DNA from: an uncultured virus (IMG/VR IMGVR_UViG_3300042519_003322)
Lineage: Duplodnaviria; Heunggongvirae; Uroviricota; Caudoviricetes
Length of the DNA stretch: 64,000 nt
Virus record (IMG/VR): IMGVR_UViG_3300042519_003322
Reading direction: 5' to 3' (one strand)
Below, in pieces: positions 27,223-37,654 of this stretch (position 1 is its first letter; every line of letters begins with the position of its first letter). Below the pieces are notes generated by a model. The model did not search any database and had not been told where the DNA came from. It was given only the letters and a program-made list of their open reading frames with translations. The position numbers and the translations under genes were made by a program.

Positions 27223-30200
27223 ATCAAGCCCCCTGCTGTCGTAGTGAGGGTGGGCTTGTTTGTTTTTTTCATGTCATTTAACAATTCTTTTGCCGCTTTT
27301 ATAATTTCATCGCTTATTGCTCTAATGAGTGTGGCTTCGGCTGAGTCTCCGCCAATAGGGCTTTTTGAGTGAGAGCGTGGGTCTTCAATATTGAATCCGG
27401 TTGGGTGGGCAAATTTGACATTATTGAACCCGCGACCAGCTAAATCATTTTTCATCTTTTGTGAAGCTCTGTAATTTCTTAACATGGCCATGCTCTCCGT
27501 GTTAAGTTGACCTCCACCAATGGAGTAGAAGTAATCAATTTCTTCGGGGGAAAATCCGGCAGAACGTAGTCTGTCTGCGATTGTTTTAGTATTGACTACA
27601 TCGCTGATGTCCTCTTTTGCAGAAGCTGCTTCAAGTCTTTTGAAAGGTATATTTATTTGCTCTACGTCAGAAATGTCGAATCCACCAAGTATTTGCGCCT
27701 CGAAAGGCTCACGAGAAGAGCCCTCGGGGAGTTTGGATTCAAATGAGTTTGGCATTTTGCCGTTTTTGCCGCGTGTGGCATTGACATTTGAGAAATCGTT
27801 ATTTAACGATGCTGAAATCATGTTGATGAACGCATCTTGTCGGTTACTGTCAGCGCTGACTCCGTCGGAGTTGAGTAATGCGTCCGCCACATCTTCGCGA
27901 TTTCTTGAGTTTAATCTCACGGGCCTATGGGCAGAACTAATTGAGTTTCCACGTCCATAAGCGGTTCTTTCTGAGACACCGGGCCGCAAAACTATCTCAA
28001 TATCGCCAAGGGCAGTCAATCCATCTCCAACGACATCTTCGTCGCCAATCTCAAAAACAGCATCTGGTCTTAGATTTCCAGAACGACCCTTCGTTACGTC
28101 TTGTTTCTTTTTGTCCATGTGGGACTTATGTACGAGATATCCGCTTACTGGAAGCAAATCTCCGTCTACGGAATCCGGGATACCGATGCGTGAATAGTAT
28201 TCGCGTGCGTAGTTTTCCGAGGACAGTCCAACAGTGCTTCCAGGTTCGACTTCTGACTCGCGACTGGAAGACACGCCGACACCGCCCGTTGAGGAGCGAA
28301 GTCTCGCCCTGTCACCAACGCTTGTTCTGCCACTCGAAAGAGTGTCGGCTGTATCGGCATCTGGCGAACCTGCAGATTGGCTCGCATTCGCCGTTCGCTT
28401 AGCAGGCCTCGACAGCGCATCTTGCTGTCGCGTCAGAATCTCTTCTGCGTATTGAGGATTGTTTCTCATGCCAACTGAATCTATTTCAATGAAATCGCCT
28501 TCAGCATAAATGTCGGCCGCAAGCAAATCCATACTGTCATTGATTTCCTTTAGCACTCTGGCTCTTTCCCCAATTTCAACTTTCTTAACGTCGCCTTCTT
28601 CAAAATCAACGGCTCCAGTTAGTTTTGCGTCCTTAAGTCCCAATCCTCTTTGAAGTACTTTTGTTAAAGTAAGACCGCTTACTATGTCTGTCTGAACTTC
28701 GTCAACATGCAGGGGGACTTTCTGGTCGTCGTCTACTTCTCCGTTGTAAACGGTAATAGCACTCCATCTATGATGTCCGTCGAGCAGGTATTTGTCCGAG
28801 GTTGCCAAAATAGGGTCCATCATGCCTTGAGCACCGAACTGTCTTCCAGAGGCCTTGGCTGCAGTGTCGTCGTCATCTTTTAGGGCTTGAACTAAGGCAT
28901 CGGTAAACTCTTTCGTACCCCTCTTATATTTGCCGTCTTCCGTAAGCGTTTTGGTATAGTGCTCGACGGCAGCCTTTAGTGATTCGTGCATTCCGTCAGT
29001 TTGCACGGCATCCAACTCCTGTTGGGATGGGGTGTATTGGGACGGGTCGACGGCAATATTTTCTTTTATTGCATCGTCACCCAGTTTTCCTCTTATTATT
29101 TCTTTAATCATCCCCGTTCCGTCAATTTCAGTAACGTCCCAATCAAGATTATCCATGACGAACTGTCTATCTTCATCCGATATTGCAGAAGCAGATTCTG
29201 GGCCTTTCTTGACCCTAGCCATAATTTCTTGAAATCTATCTTCGCCCTCCCATTTCTTTATGCCATAAGGGTCCATATGTTTGTGTGTTACTTTTTTGAG
29301 AGGAATCTCTCCAGCAAGACCAAGCTCTGCTCCGCGAGTATTCGCTCCAACCAAGCGCCCGCCGGCCTGTGGCATTTTTGCCCGTGGGATACCTAGGTTG
29401 TTTCCACAGAAAACGTTTTCGTCTCCATCGTAGAAATTGCAAAGATTCGTTTTGTATTGGTCGGCAAATTTTTTCAAGAAATTCTTTTTAATTACTTCCT
29501 CAAAGGCGGCAGGGTCTCCGCCACTACTAGTAATCGCAGCTTCTTCCTTTGTTTTGAAATCAAGCCATTCTTTTTCGTTATTTGCAATAACGTCTTGACC
29601 CATTTTTTTGATATCTTTGAAAAATTCTTCCTGGAGTGTCTTTGCAAAACTTAAAGATTCTTTTTGTTTTTTAGCAATCGCTTCATCGGAGGAGTATTCC
29701 AGACTGACGTGATGACCGAGGGCCATTAACGCTATTGCCTGTCCGACATTGTCTACTTTGTAAACAGCCATGTCCTTGGGGTCCGCGCTAGTGAACAAAG
29801 GCTTTAGGTCGCTTGGCTTTATTGAGTCACCAAAATCTTCTTTTAGCTCCTCTGGAGTGTATTCGTGAAGAGGTTTGCCGCGCTTACGGACTTTTGCAAC
29901 AACATCGCTGGCTATTTTTCTAGTTTCATCTCGAGCGGCAGTAGCTTGCCTTTCCTTGGACCTTGCTGCATAATCTGGATTGTTTGTGAGACCCACTGAG
30001 CCAAGTTGGATGTAATCCCCTTGTTCATATTTTGCGTCGATTAAGCTTGGGGCGTTATCCGTTAAGTCCTTGGCGATATCAGAAAACTCATCAGCGCTCA
30101 TATCTTCAATTTCGCCAACTTCCCATCGATTTTCCGCTCCCAAGCGAGCTTCCTTGATTCCAAATGCATCTTGGAAAACCTTACCCAGGGTCAGTCCTTC

Positions 30201-33200
30201 AATAATGTCTGTTTGTACTTCGTTTGCTGAGAGTGGCAGTTGAAGCTCTTCTGATAATGACCTATTCGCGACGACTATTCCAGCCCATCTATGATGTCCA
30301 TCGAGAATATATGAATCTTTTGTTGTGAGAATTGGTTGCATGAACCATTCTTTTCGCATTTCTTCTAAATATTTATCTCTAAAATCTTTGTCAGATATCT
30401 TAGGGTTATCTTTTCTTATTTTTTCTGCTACTTCAATTGCTTTTTCTTGAACCGTTTGAGCGGTTCCATCTGCCTTGCTAGCTACTATTTGTTGCTGAGA
30501 AGGGGCATACTCACTTGGGTCCACATCACGACGTCTAACTGCAGGACCATTTTCTGGGTCATCAACCTTGATTAGTCCGTTAAGCCAATCAATAAATGGT
30601 GTTTCAAGGTTTACCTCGGTATCATTCCAGTCAGTATTTTCATAAAGCCACTCTTTCGCTCTATCTGAAAGTGTAGAAAAAGAATCTGCCCTGTGCTCCG
30701 CTGCCGTCTTCCCGCCCATTTCGTTCTTTAATGAGTGCTTGTCGGCGATGATTCCGTACAGGATTCCAGATATTTCCTCATCAGATACGGGAGGCTTTCC
30801 TTTTTCTGCGCGTTTAGCGTTTTGTTTTTTTATTGCTTTGTCTAGTTCGTCTGCAAACTCTATTTCAAGTCCCCTATCTCTAGACACGAGCGGGTCGCCG
30901 TTCTCGTCCTTTGATGGTTCCCATTTACCTGCTGCAATCCCATTTTTTAGTGCTCGAATTGCTTTGGTCTTGTGGCCAGATGACCGCCCATTTGTTTGAG
31001 GCATTTTTTCTCTGTCAATACCGATATGCCCTGAACACATAAGGTTATTCGCCGGGTTGTATAGGGAACATAGGTCCGCCTGATAATTGCCGATGTATTC
31101 ACCCTCCATGGATTCGCGCGTCTTGGGGTCATTTAGGTCCGCATCAGGATTTCTCTTTGCATAGTCTTCCTGGAATGAGCGCCATTTTGGATGATTGTCT
31201 TTTATGTGATTTTTTGCAACTGTTTTAACTTCTTTTTCAAAGGCTTTCTGTGCTTGTTCGGTTAGGCGTATGTCTTGTTCTTTAACTTCGACGTGGTGTC
31301 CAAGCATCATCATTGCTACGGCTGTATGAACGTCGTCGACTTCGTATAGATTCGAGTCCTTCTCGCTAATCGAACGCCTGCCAGAACGCCTTACCGCTCC
31401 ACCGAACTTTTTAGATATCTCATCATCGGACATGTCGTTAATATTTGTGCCGCTATCGACAACATCATTGAAAACTTCCAAAGCCTTTTTTGCGACTTCC
31501 CCCTCTTGACGCCTACGTTCGGCCAGGCTTCCGCTTGTATCTATCGTTCTGCCTGAAGAAAGTCTTTCGGAACGTTCTTCTGGTCCCATTTGTGCAAGTC
31601 TCTGCGCTCTTCTTGTTGGGCGAGAACCATCCGCTGATGGCACGGAAAACGGGGAGCGCACACCAGCGCCTGATGCAAGTTTATCTATGTCCGAATCTGT
31701 TGCCCTAACGCGAACTCTTCTATCAAAACCCTCATGCATTCTGTAGGCGGTTTCAGCTGCCTTGGCTATGATTTCTTCTTCCGGAGTGTCGGCTATAAAT
31801 TTCGCCACCTCTGGATGAATATCCCCACGAGATATGGCTCCATCTTTCCCGCCACCGCCTAGTACGTCTTTTATGTTTCTGATAATTGAGGAGTTTGCCG
31901 CCGTACGTGACTCTGTTCTTTGCTGACGCGTAGATGGCTTCCCTAGTACTCCATCGGGCGTGGTGGCTCCAGAAGAGAGGGCCCCTGAGCCGCTGTCTGG
32001 ATTGTCGTAATCGGCAAATGAGCCGCCAGCATCAGTAACCTTATCTAAAGTCGCCTTACTTCGGGTGCTGGCAGACTCGTCAGAATCACTTCGTGGTCCA
32101 GGGCCTGCTTTCCCAGATGAGCGTCGCTTGGTCACGTACTTGTCCGCCATGGCTTGAATTTTTTTGCCATGACTTCTAGCCCAGATTGCGTCTGTCGTGT
32201 TCTTGGAGAGATTTTCCGCCAATGAGTCGACGACTTCTACAGTATCTTTTTGATATGAAATTTCTGCACGGATAGTTCCGTCAGCATCTCTGCCAATTAT
32301 TCTTATTCTCCCCGGCGGAGCAACAAATTTCTGCTCCGAATCCCCTCCCGTAGTTGGGAATAGTCCGCGGTCTTTTTCACGCACGGAAAGAATAACTCGC
32401 CGCTTGGTTTTTCCGGACTTGGGGTCACGCTTTCCGCGTTCCGGCATATCTGTTTTTTTAGTCCTACTTGTTATGACTCTTCCGGAAATGAACTGGTCCA
32501 GGCTGACTTCTTTGCCATCTATTTTCCCCTTCAAAACACCAGATTCAAAGTCAATTATTGCTTCCATCTCAAATGGTTCGCCTACCGACGTCCCATCGAT
32601 TGCCTCCATCGTCGGTATGAGTAGATTTTCTACCTGCTGAACGACATCTCCTTCTTCAGAAGATGTTTTATCTACCTTTAAGCCGAGCTTTTTGAGGCGT
32701 GCGTTGCGCTTATTTATTGCTCGGCCGGCTCTTGTTTGCGAAACCGGGTCAAGAAGCATCCCTACATCTGATTCCGCTACATCTCCAAGCTCCTTCATAG
32801 CCTTTTTTTGTTCGGGCGTTGCTTTTACTCGGGCGCGCTCTTTTGCGCCGTGCTTTCGAGCTTCATCAGCGCTCTTGAATTTCTTCTTAGGCTTCGATGG
32901 TGGATTTATGATGTCATTGACTTTTTTATCAAGTTCTTTTTTGATTTGTGCTTTAGTCCGCGTATCTCCTGCGGACTTCATATTTTCTACGTACTGTTCT
33001 CTAATGACCTCAATCTCGTCGGCCAATTTCTTAAATTCATCAGACGAAGAGTCGAGTTTCGAGAGTCTTACCTTGTCGTCAACCAAGAGGCTGATAGTTT
33101 TCTTTTCGGGCATTGATTTAACTCTGTCGCGCAAATCATCGAGGTCGGCCCTGCGAGCAATATCGGCCATTTCTTTTGAATCAAGCAGACCTTCTCGCTT

Positions 33201-35768
33201 ACGTATCGAGTAGACCTCATCATCAAATCTTTTTCTTTCACCACTAGCGCCTATACCGTACTTCTTGCGCCAAATTTTTGACGCCTCGTCGTATCGTTTT
33301 GCGTGAAAATCAAATTCTCTCTTGGCTTCCCGCACTGCATCAGCCTTGAGTATGTCTCGAACGATTTTTCCTGATGTGGTAAGCGGGAAAAAGGGGTCTT
33401 CTATCTCTTCTACCTCTAATAATTCCAGCCGTCTGGCACTGGCGTCACGCTGAGAGCCAATGATTGCTGCCTCTTCAAACATTTCTTCTTCTGAAAATTT
33501 GGAGAACTCTGTTTTGAATCGCTTAAGTTCTTCACGGATTGCGGCGGTAGCTCGCGCGTCGATGTCTTCATCTGATACTGAACCTGGGTCAACGGGGTCC
33601 GCGGGAATATCAAATACGTCATCTAATTTTCTCTGACCATCTGTGTCATCACTTGCCGTTCGGTCTCTTGCCGCCACAGAGAAGGACATGTTGTCCATCC
33701 ACTCAAGAGCAGCGTCAACATCGTCGCCAAAGATAATTCCGCGTTCGCGTAGTGCCCAAATCTCGGCAGATGCTTCCAGCGCCCATACTTCCGAACCTAC
33801 AGCGTATCCATCACGCGGGTATGCCCCAGCCAATGGAGCAATTGCCTGGATTCTGGTCATTGCGTCATTTAGCGATTCAATATTGATTGAGTCAGCAATG
33901 CCAGTCATTATTGACATAAGGTCGGAGCCTGTCAGGCTATTGATGTTCTTAACTTCACGCTCGCCAACAACAGCTCCTTTTTTATTTCTGACCGCAACGG
34001 AAATGAAACCTTTTTCTGTAATTTCTTTCTGTATTTTGTCCAGGAATACTTGAGATTGTTTGTGGTGAGCTATTTCATGGAGCATGATATGACTTGAAAA
34101 TCCATACACGCCATCAAGGAGGCCGGCCATGCCTCTGGCCGTATGGTCTGCATTTACCATGAAATCAGCAACCGCAAGTCGTCCTTCTGCTTCGCTTCTA
34201 GCACCAATAGCAGATATTGCTAAACGCTCGTCTCCGCCCATGTTCGGAAGCATGGTTTCTTGATTGGCACTAATCATCCCCATATTGATGTGTATTGCCG
34301 TTTTCATCCCATTTTGCGTTCTATAGAAGGACGTACCAGCTTCATCATCTGTCATGAAGTTGAATTCAATTCGACCAACCCCACGCATGCTGCCTGGGTC
34401 TGTCATGAATTGGTCAAGTAAGGTTTCAAGCATTGCTCGTTGAGTGGTCTTGTATCGCTCAAAATCAGACTTCAATAGTCTTTCTTGTTCTTTACTAGAG
34501 AGCCTGTTCCAGCCAGGAGTAGATGAGAGTCTTGTTTTTACAAATTCTTTTATTTCTACATCTGTTAATAGCTCGTCCCCTTTTCCGGAAACATCAAGAA
34601 CTTGCACATCCCAGCCAGCAGTGCCGCCTGTTTGCGAATGCATTTCTTTTAGTTTTTTAAGCGCCTTAACCGGAGCATCTGGGTCGTCGGCGTCAATCCC
34701 CAATGCGTCGTACATGCGCACAACTTCGGCTTTTTGACGAGCAATATCATCCTGACCACGAATGGCTCCGTTTTTAAATAAACGTAAATTCTCTGGGACG
34801 GCGATGTCTCGCCATTCCGGTATTTTGATTCCCCAGTAGGCGCACTTTTCCGCAAGAGCAGGGTCTCTTTTCGACCTGGGGCCATGTATCCATCTGAAGA
34901 AGTCTGCGGCGTTTTGGCGCAATCCCGTATATTCACCTTGGGCAGTGAGCTTGGCTGCCTGTCGCGCTGCAAAGCGAGAGAATTTCGATGCACTGAATCC
35001 AAAACAGTTTGCTCCAGTGGCGTCTGTAAATTGATTTGCTGCAGGCGTTCCTGGAGGACATCTAAATTTATTGTTTTCGTCACGAAGGATGCCAAACACG
35101 GCTGCAGCTCGCGAAAGGAGCGAGCCTCCTGGAACTCTGGATTCAAGACTGCGACCCGGTAATCTTTTTTCTTCTAGGGTGTTTTTTTCATTTTTACGTA
35201 AGGCTTGCTGTTTTTCTTCATAGCTAAGCCCTGCCGCTATTCCGAATGGGTCAATGATTTTTTCGGAATCAGGTATGACCTCATCTGTCCTTGGATTTAC
35301 CTTGTATTTGCTTAACTTTATTTTTGGCTTTTCCCTATAGGCCCGAAGCATTTCTTCAAATGTTGTCGTTGACTTATCTTCCGGCGGCAACCAGCCAAAG
35401 TTGGGCTCTGTGCCCATTCCCTCGCGAGATTGAAAAGGAGGGCTCAAGACAAGCCTCGAACCGGGTTCCCACTTTCCTCCCGTTTCCCATCTATATCCAA
35501 ATTCATTGGATTCGACACCAGGTCGACTGTCTCCGGTGAATTCTCGTTTTTTCCCGTCGGTATCGACATCGGCTTTTACGCGTATGCCAAAACCTTCTGT
35601 AATAGTTTTTGTGACAAGCTCGGCCTGAAGTTTTCCAGTTGACAGAGACGAGTTAATCGACTGCCTGAAAAGAACTGCCTTTTCATTGAAGTCGCCGCAG
35701 CACGAAGACGGCACCATGAGTTGTGCTGAAACTATTACTCTTTCCCGCATTGCTGGGGTATTCGCCAC
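27219..35768 (-). CDS. giant multidomain protein (zincin, degenerate ART-like, tandem ParB/Srx-like modules, DUF3626-like)
   Basis: 2849 aa. HEIAH; two PSQ...PIL...Y.LDGHHRW ParB motifs; C-terminal PVSGYL...GDIEIVLRP...EAQILGGF...DVEQI. Confidence 0.85.
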   Translation of the reverse strand: MANTPAMRERVIVSAQLMVPSSCCGDFNEKAVLFRQSINSSLSTGKLQAELVTKTITEGFGIRVKADVDTDGKKREFTGDSRPGVESNEFGYRWETGGKWEPGSRLVLSPPFQSREGMGTEPNFGWLPPEDKSTTTFEEMLRAYREKPKIKLSKYKVNPRTDEVIPDSEKIIDPFGIAAGLSYEEKQQALRKNEKNTLEEKRLPGRSLESRVPGGSLLSRAAAVFGILRDENNKFRCPPGTPAANQFTDATGANCFGFSASKFSRFAARQAAKLTAQGEYTGLRQNAADFFRWIHGPRSKRDPALAEKCAYWGIKIPEWRDIAVPENLRLFKNGAIRGQDDIARQKAEVVRMYDALGIDADDPDAPVKALKKLKEMHSQTGGTAGWDVQVLDVSGKGDELLTDVEIKEFVKTRLSSTPGWNRLSSKEQERLLKSDFERYKTTQRAMLETLLDQFMTDPGSMRGVGRIEFNFMTDDEAGTSFYRTQNGMKTAIHINMGMISANQETMLPNMGGDERLAISAIGARSEAEGRLAVADFMVNADHTARGMAGLLDGVYGFSSHIMLHEIAHHKQSQVFLDKIQKEITEKGFISVAVRNKKGAVVGEREVKNINSLTGSDLMSIMTGIADSINIESLNDAMTRIQAIAPLAGAYPRDGYAVGSEVWALEASAEIWALRERGIIFGDDVDAALEWMDNMSFSVAARDRTASDDTDGQRKLDDVFDIPADPVDPGSVSDEDIDARATAAIREELKRFKTEFSKFSEEEMFEEAAIIGSQRDASARRLELLEVEEIEDPFFPLTTSGKIVRDILKADAVREAKREFDFHAKRYDEASKIWRKKYGIGASGERKRFDDEVYSIRKREGLLDSKEMADIARRADLDDLRDRVKSMPEKKTISLLVDDKVRLSKLDSSSDEFKKLADEIEVIREQYVENMKSAGDTRTKAQIKKELDKKVNDIINPPSKPKKKFKSADEARKHGAKERARVKATPEQKKAMKELGDVAESDVGMLLDPVSQTRAGRAINKRNARLKKLGLKVDKTSSEEGDVVQQVENLLIPTMEAIDGTSVGEPFEMEAIIDFESGVLKGKIDGKEVSLDQFISGRVITSRTKKTDMPERGKRDPKSGKTKRRVILSVREKDRGLFPTTGGDSEQKFVAPPGRIRIIGRDADGTIRAEISYQKDTVEVVDSLAENLSKNTTDAIWARSHGKKIQAMADKYVTKRRSSGKAGPGPRSDSDESASTRSKATLDKVTDAGGSFADYDNPDSGSGALSSGATTPDGVLGKPSTRQQRTESRTAANSSIIRNIKDVLGGGGKDGAISRGDIHPEVAKFIADTPEEEIIAKAAETAYRMHEGFDRRVRVRATDSDIDKLASGAGVRSPFSVPSADGSRPTRRAQRLAQMGPEERSERLSSGRTIDTSGSLAERRRQEGEVAKKALEVFNDVVDSGTNINDMSDDEISKKFGGAVRRSGRRSISEKDSNLYEVDDVHTAVAMMMLGHHVEVKEQDIRLTEQAQKAFEKEVKTVAKNHIKDNHPKWRSFQEDYAKRNPDADLNDPKTRESMEGEYIGNYQADLCSLYNPANNLMCSGHIGIDREKMPQTNGRSSGHKTKAIRALKNGIAAGKWEPSKDENGDPLVSRDRGLEIEFADELDKAIKKQNAKRAEKGKPPVSDEEISGILYGIIADKHSLKNEMGGKTAAEHRADSFSTLSDRAKEWLYENTDWNDTEVNLETPFIDWLNGLIKVDDPENGPAVRRRDVDPSEYAPSQQQIVASKADGTAQTVQEKAIEVAEKIRKDNPKISDKDFRDKYLEEMRKEWFMQPILTTKDSYILDGHHRWAGIVVANRSLSEELQLPLSANEVQTDIIEGLTLGKVFQDAFGIKEARLGAENRWEVGEIEDMSADEFSDIAKDLTDNAPSLIDAKYEQGDYIQLGSVGLTNNPDYAARSKERQATAARDETRKIASDVVAKVRKRGKPLHEYTPEELKEDFGDSIKPSDLKPLFTSADPKDMAVYKVDNVGQAIALMALGHHVSLEYSSDEAIAKKQKESLSFAKTLQEEFFKDIKKMGQDVIANNEKEWLDFKTKEEAAITSSGGDPAAFEEVIKKNFLKKFADQYKTNLCNFYDGDENVFCGNNLGIPRAKMPQAGGRLVGANTRGAELGLAGEIPLKKVTHKHMDPYGIKKWEGEDRFQEIMARVKKGPESASAISDEDRQFVMDNLDWDVTEIDGTGMIKEIIRGKLGDDAIKENIAVDPSQYTPSQQELDAVQTDGMHESLKAAVEHYTKTLTEDGKYKRGTKEFTDALVQALKDDDDTAAKASGRQFGAQGMMDPILATSDKYLLDGHHRWSAITVYNGEVDDDQKVPLHVDEVQTDIVSGLTLTKVLQRGLGLKDAKLTGAVDFEEGDVKKVEIGERARVLKEINDSMDLLAADIYAEGDFIEIDSVGMRNNPQYAEEILTRQQDALSRPAKRTANASQSAGSPDADTADTLSSGRTSVGDRARLRSSTGGVGVSSSRESEVEPGSTVGLSSENYAREYYSRIGIPDSVDGDLLPVSGYLVHKSHMDKKKQDVTKGRSGNLRPDAVFEIGDEDVVGDGLTALGDIEIVLRPGVSERTAYGRGNSISSAHRPVRLNSRNREDVADALLNSDGVSADSNRQDAFINMISASLNNDFSNVNATRGKNGKMPNSFESKLPEGSSREPFEAQILGGFDISDVEQINIPFKRLEAASAKEDISDVVNTKTIADRLRSAGFSPEEIDYFYSIGGGQLNTESMAMLRNYRASQKMKNDLAGRGFNNVKFAHPTGFNIEDPRSHSKSPIGGDSAEATLIRAISDEIIKAAKELLNDMKKTNKPTLTTTAGGLM

Positions 35769-35781
35769 GTGGCGCCCCCTC

Positions 35782-37524
35782 TTAGTTGTCGTCTACGGAG
35801 TCTTCGAGCAGCTGAAACTCGACAAGAGACGCCATGAATTCTGCGTCACTTAAATTACTGCTGCTTTTTTCTTCTCCACCGGCTATCCAGTTTGCTGGAA
35901 TCAAGCTCTCTAACTTGAGGGCGCGAGCACGTTTCATAATGTGCTTCTTGGTTGCCTCTTTGTCTTTTGCTCGACCAAATGCTTGAATTGCATTACGCAA
36001 ATCGCCTTCAGAGACAATTGGGTAAGACCCGTCTTCCATGGCCATGCCATCTTTTGCCAAGTCCATGCGCCTCTCTTCCGAGAACGCATTTTTCATCGCA
36101 ATTTCTGCCGCTTCGGCTTCAATTCCTTCAATCTCGTCGGATTCATACTTGTCGTAGCCGAGGACTTCTCCATCCAATGCCACGAATACGTCATATGACT
36201 TGCCATCAAAGCCTTCTATTTCAACGGCATACGAATCAAAGCCCTCAAATATATCGGGCTCAATCGCTACTACTGTTCCATCAATTGATTTGACAGCAAT
36301 TTCAGCAGCTTCCGTAAAGTCAATTAGTCTGAAACTACCGATGTCTGATTTCTTATCGAATTCCGTCATGTCAAGTTTGTGGAAACCAAGAATTTCCGCA
36401 GAGGTACCATCGACAAAAACTTCGTTTACGGAACCATCTTTTACCTGTACATCCACAACGAACATATCGGCATCTGGCGAATAACCAGAATCAACGACTA
36501 CGCCATCAAACATTTTCTCAGCGAGACCTTCAACATGAAGAATCCCTGGCATGCCTTTTTCGGCAACGCAACCTCCTGGGCAGTCATCGCAAACTGGCGA
36601 AGAGCCACCATAGGCCTTGCGCTCAATAGCGCACACATAGCCTGTCGCACCAATATCAGCGACCTTCAGTCCCATGGACCCAATACGAGCGCGACGAATC
36701 TCTTCCCACTCAGTATGAAGCGGGGAGAAAGACTTGGCACCCATTTCTGCGTACTCTTCATCTTCCTCTTCTTCATCTTCGTCTTCTTCGAGCTCTTCGT
36801 CTTCTTCTTCGGCATCCATATCTGGCATGGCGCCTTCCATGCCCTTTCGGCGACCCTTGACGTGTCGACGACCATTCATCTTTACTTCTTCGTCCTCTTC
36901 GAGCTCTTCTTCGACTTCTTCTTCCTCGAGCTCCTCGTCGTCTTCTTCGCCATCCATGACTGGCATAGCGCCTTCCATGTTCTTTCGGCCGGCGCGACGC
37001 ATTCGCATCATCTGCTTGTATTCTTCGTCTTCTTCGTCTTCTTCGTCTTCTTCCATGACGTCTTCTTCGTCATCCATTGCTGGGACGGCCATGCCCATGC
37101 CTTTTTTCTTCTTAGGCATTGCATGCATCATCTTTTCGTCTTCTTCGACTTCTTCTTCCTCGAGCTCCATGGGCGCGACCATGCCCTTCTTCTTCGGCAT
37201 AACGGCGGCCATTTCTTCCTCCGTCATGTCTGGTTCGTCACCTTCGTCGGCCATCTCAAGAAGTGCATGTCCAGGCTTTTTATTATTGCCTTTTTTCTTG
37301 ACGGAAGCAGAGGTGGGATTCAACAACTCTTCCTCATCCATCTCCTCGTCTGCTTCTGGTTCAGCAACAGCGGGCACCATCTTCATTTCTACGGGCATAG
37401 CTCCGCACTTGGCACATAGTTCTGCGCCCTTGACGAAGCCGCAATCTGCGACAGCGCCTTTTGCGCACTTAAGAACATTGCCGCCACCGTCAATGCTTAG
37501 CGTAACTTTTTCGTCGTATTTCAT
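35782..37524 (-). CDS. acidic scaffold/core-like head protein with PepSY-like repeats
   Basis: Long Glu/Asp/Met-rich repeats, two PepSY-like segments ending in V.VD...EILG and VFV..DGEVLG, and C-terminal DGSYPI....DL.NAIQAFGRAKD...K.HI..RA.AL. Confidence 0.7.
   Translation of the reverse strand: MKYDEKVTLSIDGGGNVLKCAKGAVADCGFVKGAELCAKCGAMPVEMKMVPAVAEPEADEEMDEEELLNPTSASVKKKGNNKKPGHALLEMADEGDEPDMTEEEMAAVMPKKKGMVAPMELEEEEVEEDEKMMHAMPKKKKGMGMAVPAMDDEEDVMEEDEEDEEDEEYKQMMRMRRAGRKNMEGAMPVMDGEEDDEELEEEEVEEELEEDEEVKMNGRRHVKGRRKGMEGAMPDMDAEEEDEELEEDEDEEEEDEEYAEMGAKSFSPLHTEWEEIRRARIGSMGLKVADIGATGYVCAIERKAYGGSSPVCDDCPGGCVAEKGMPGILHVEGLAEKMFDGVVVDSGYSPDADMFVVDVQVKDGSVNEVFVDGTSAEILGFHKLDMTEFDKKSDIGSFRLIDFTEAAEIAVKSIDGTVVAIEPDIFEGFDSYAVEIEGFDGKSYDVFVALDGEVLGYDKYESDEIEGIEAEAAEIAMKNAFSEERRMDLAKDGMAMEDGSYPIVSEGDLRNAIQAFGRAKDKEATKKHIMKRARALKLESLIPANWIAGGEEKSSSNLSDAEFMASLVEFQLLEDSVDDN
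36730..37230 (-). repeat. imperfect coding repeats MEGAMP.MD.EE.DEELEE
   Basis: Repeated tcttcttcg/tcttcgtct units and duplicated gcgccttccat segments. Confidence 0.75.
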
Positions 37525-37654
37525 ACAGCTCCCGTTAGTGCAGGGAAATGACCGGATAGACCATTAACCAATAATGTATTTAAATTATAACCTATCACGC
37601 TATACGTGAGTGAATTAGGAACACCCAATACTTCTCTTTGATTTTTTAGCATCT

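Noticed and set aside
36379..37567. Long plus-strand ORFs (346 aa Phe-rich and 277 aa poly-Ser)
   Set aside because: They are antisense shadows of the GAA/GAC-rich repeats of the acidic minus-strand gene.
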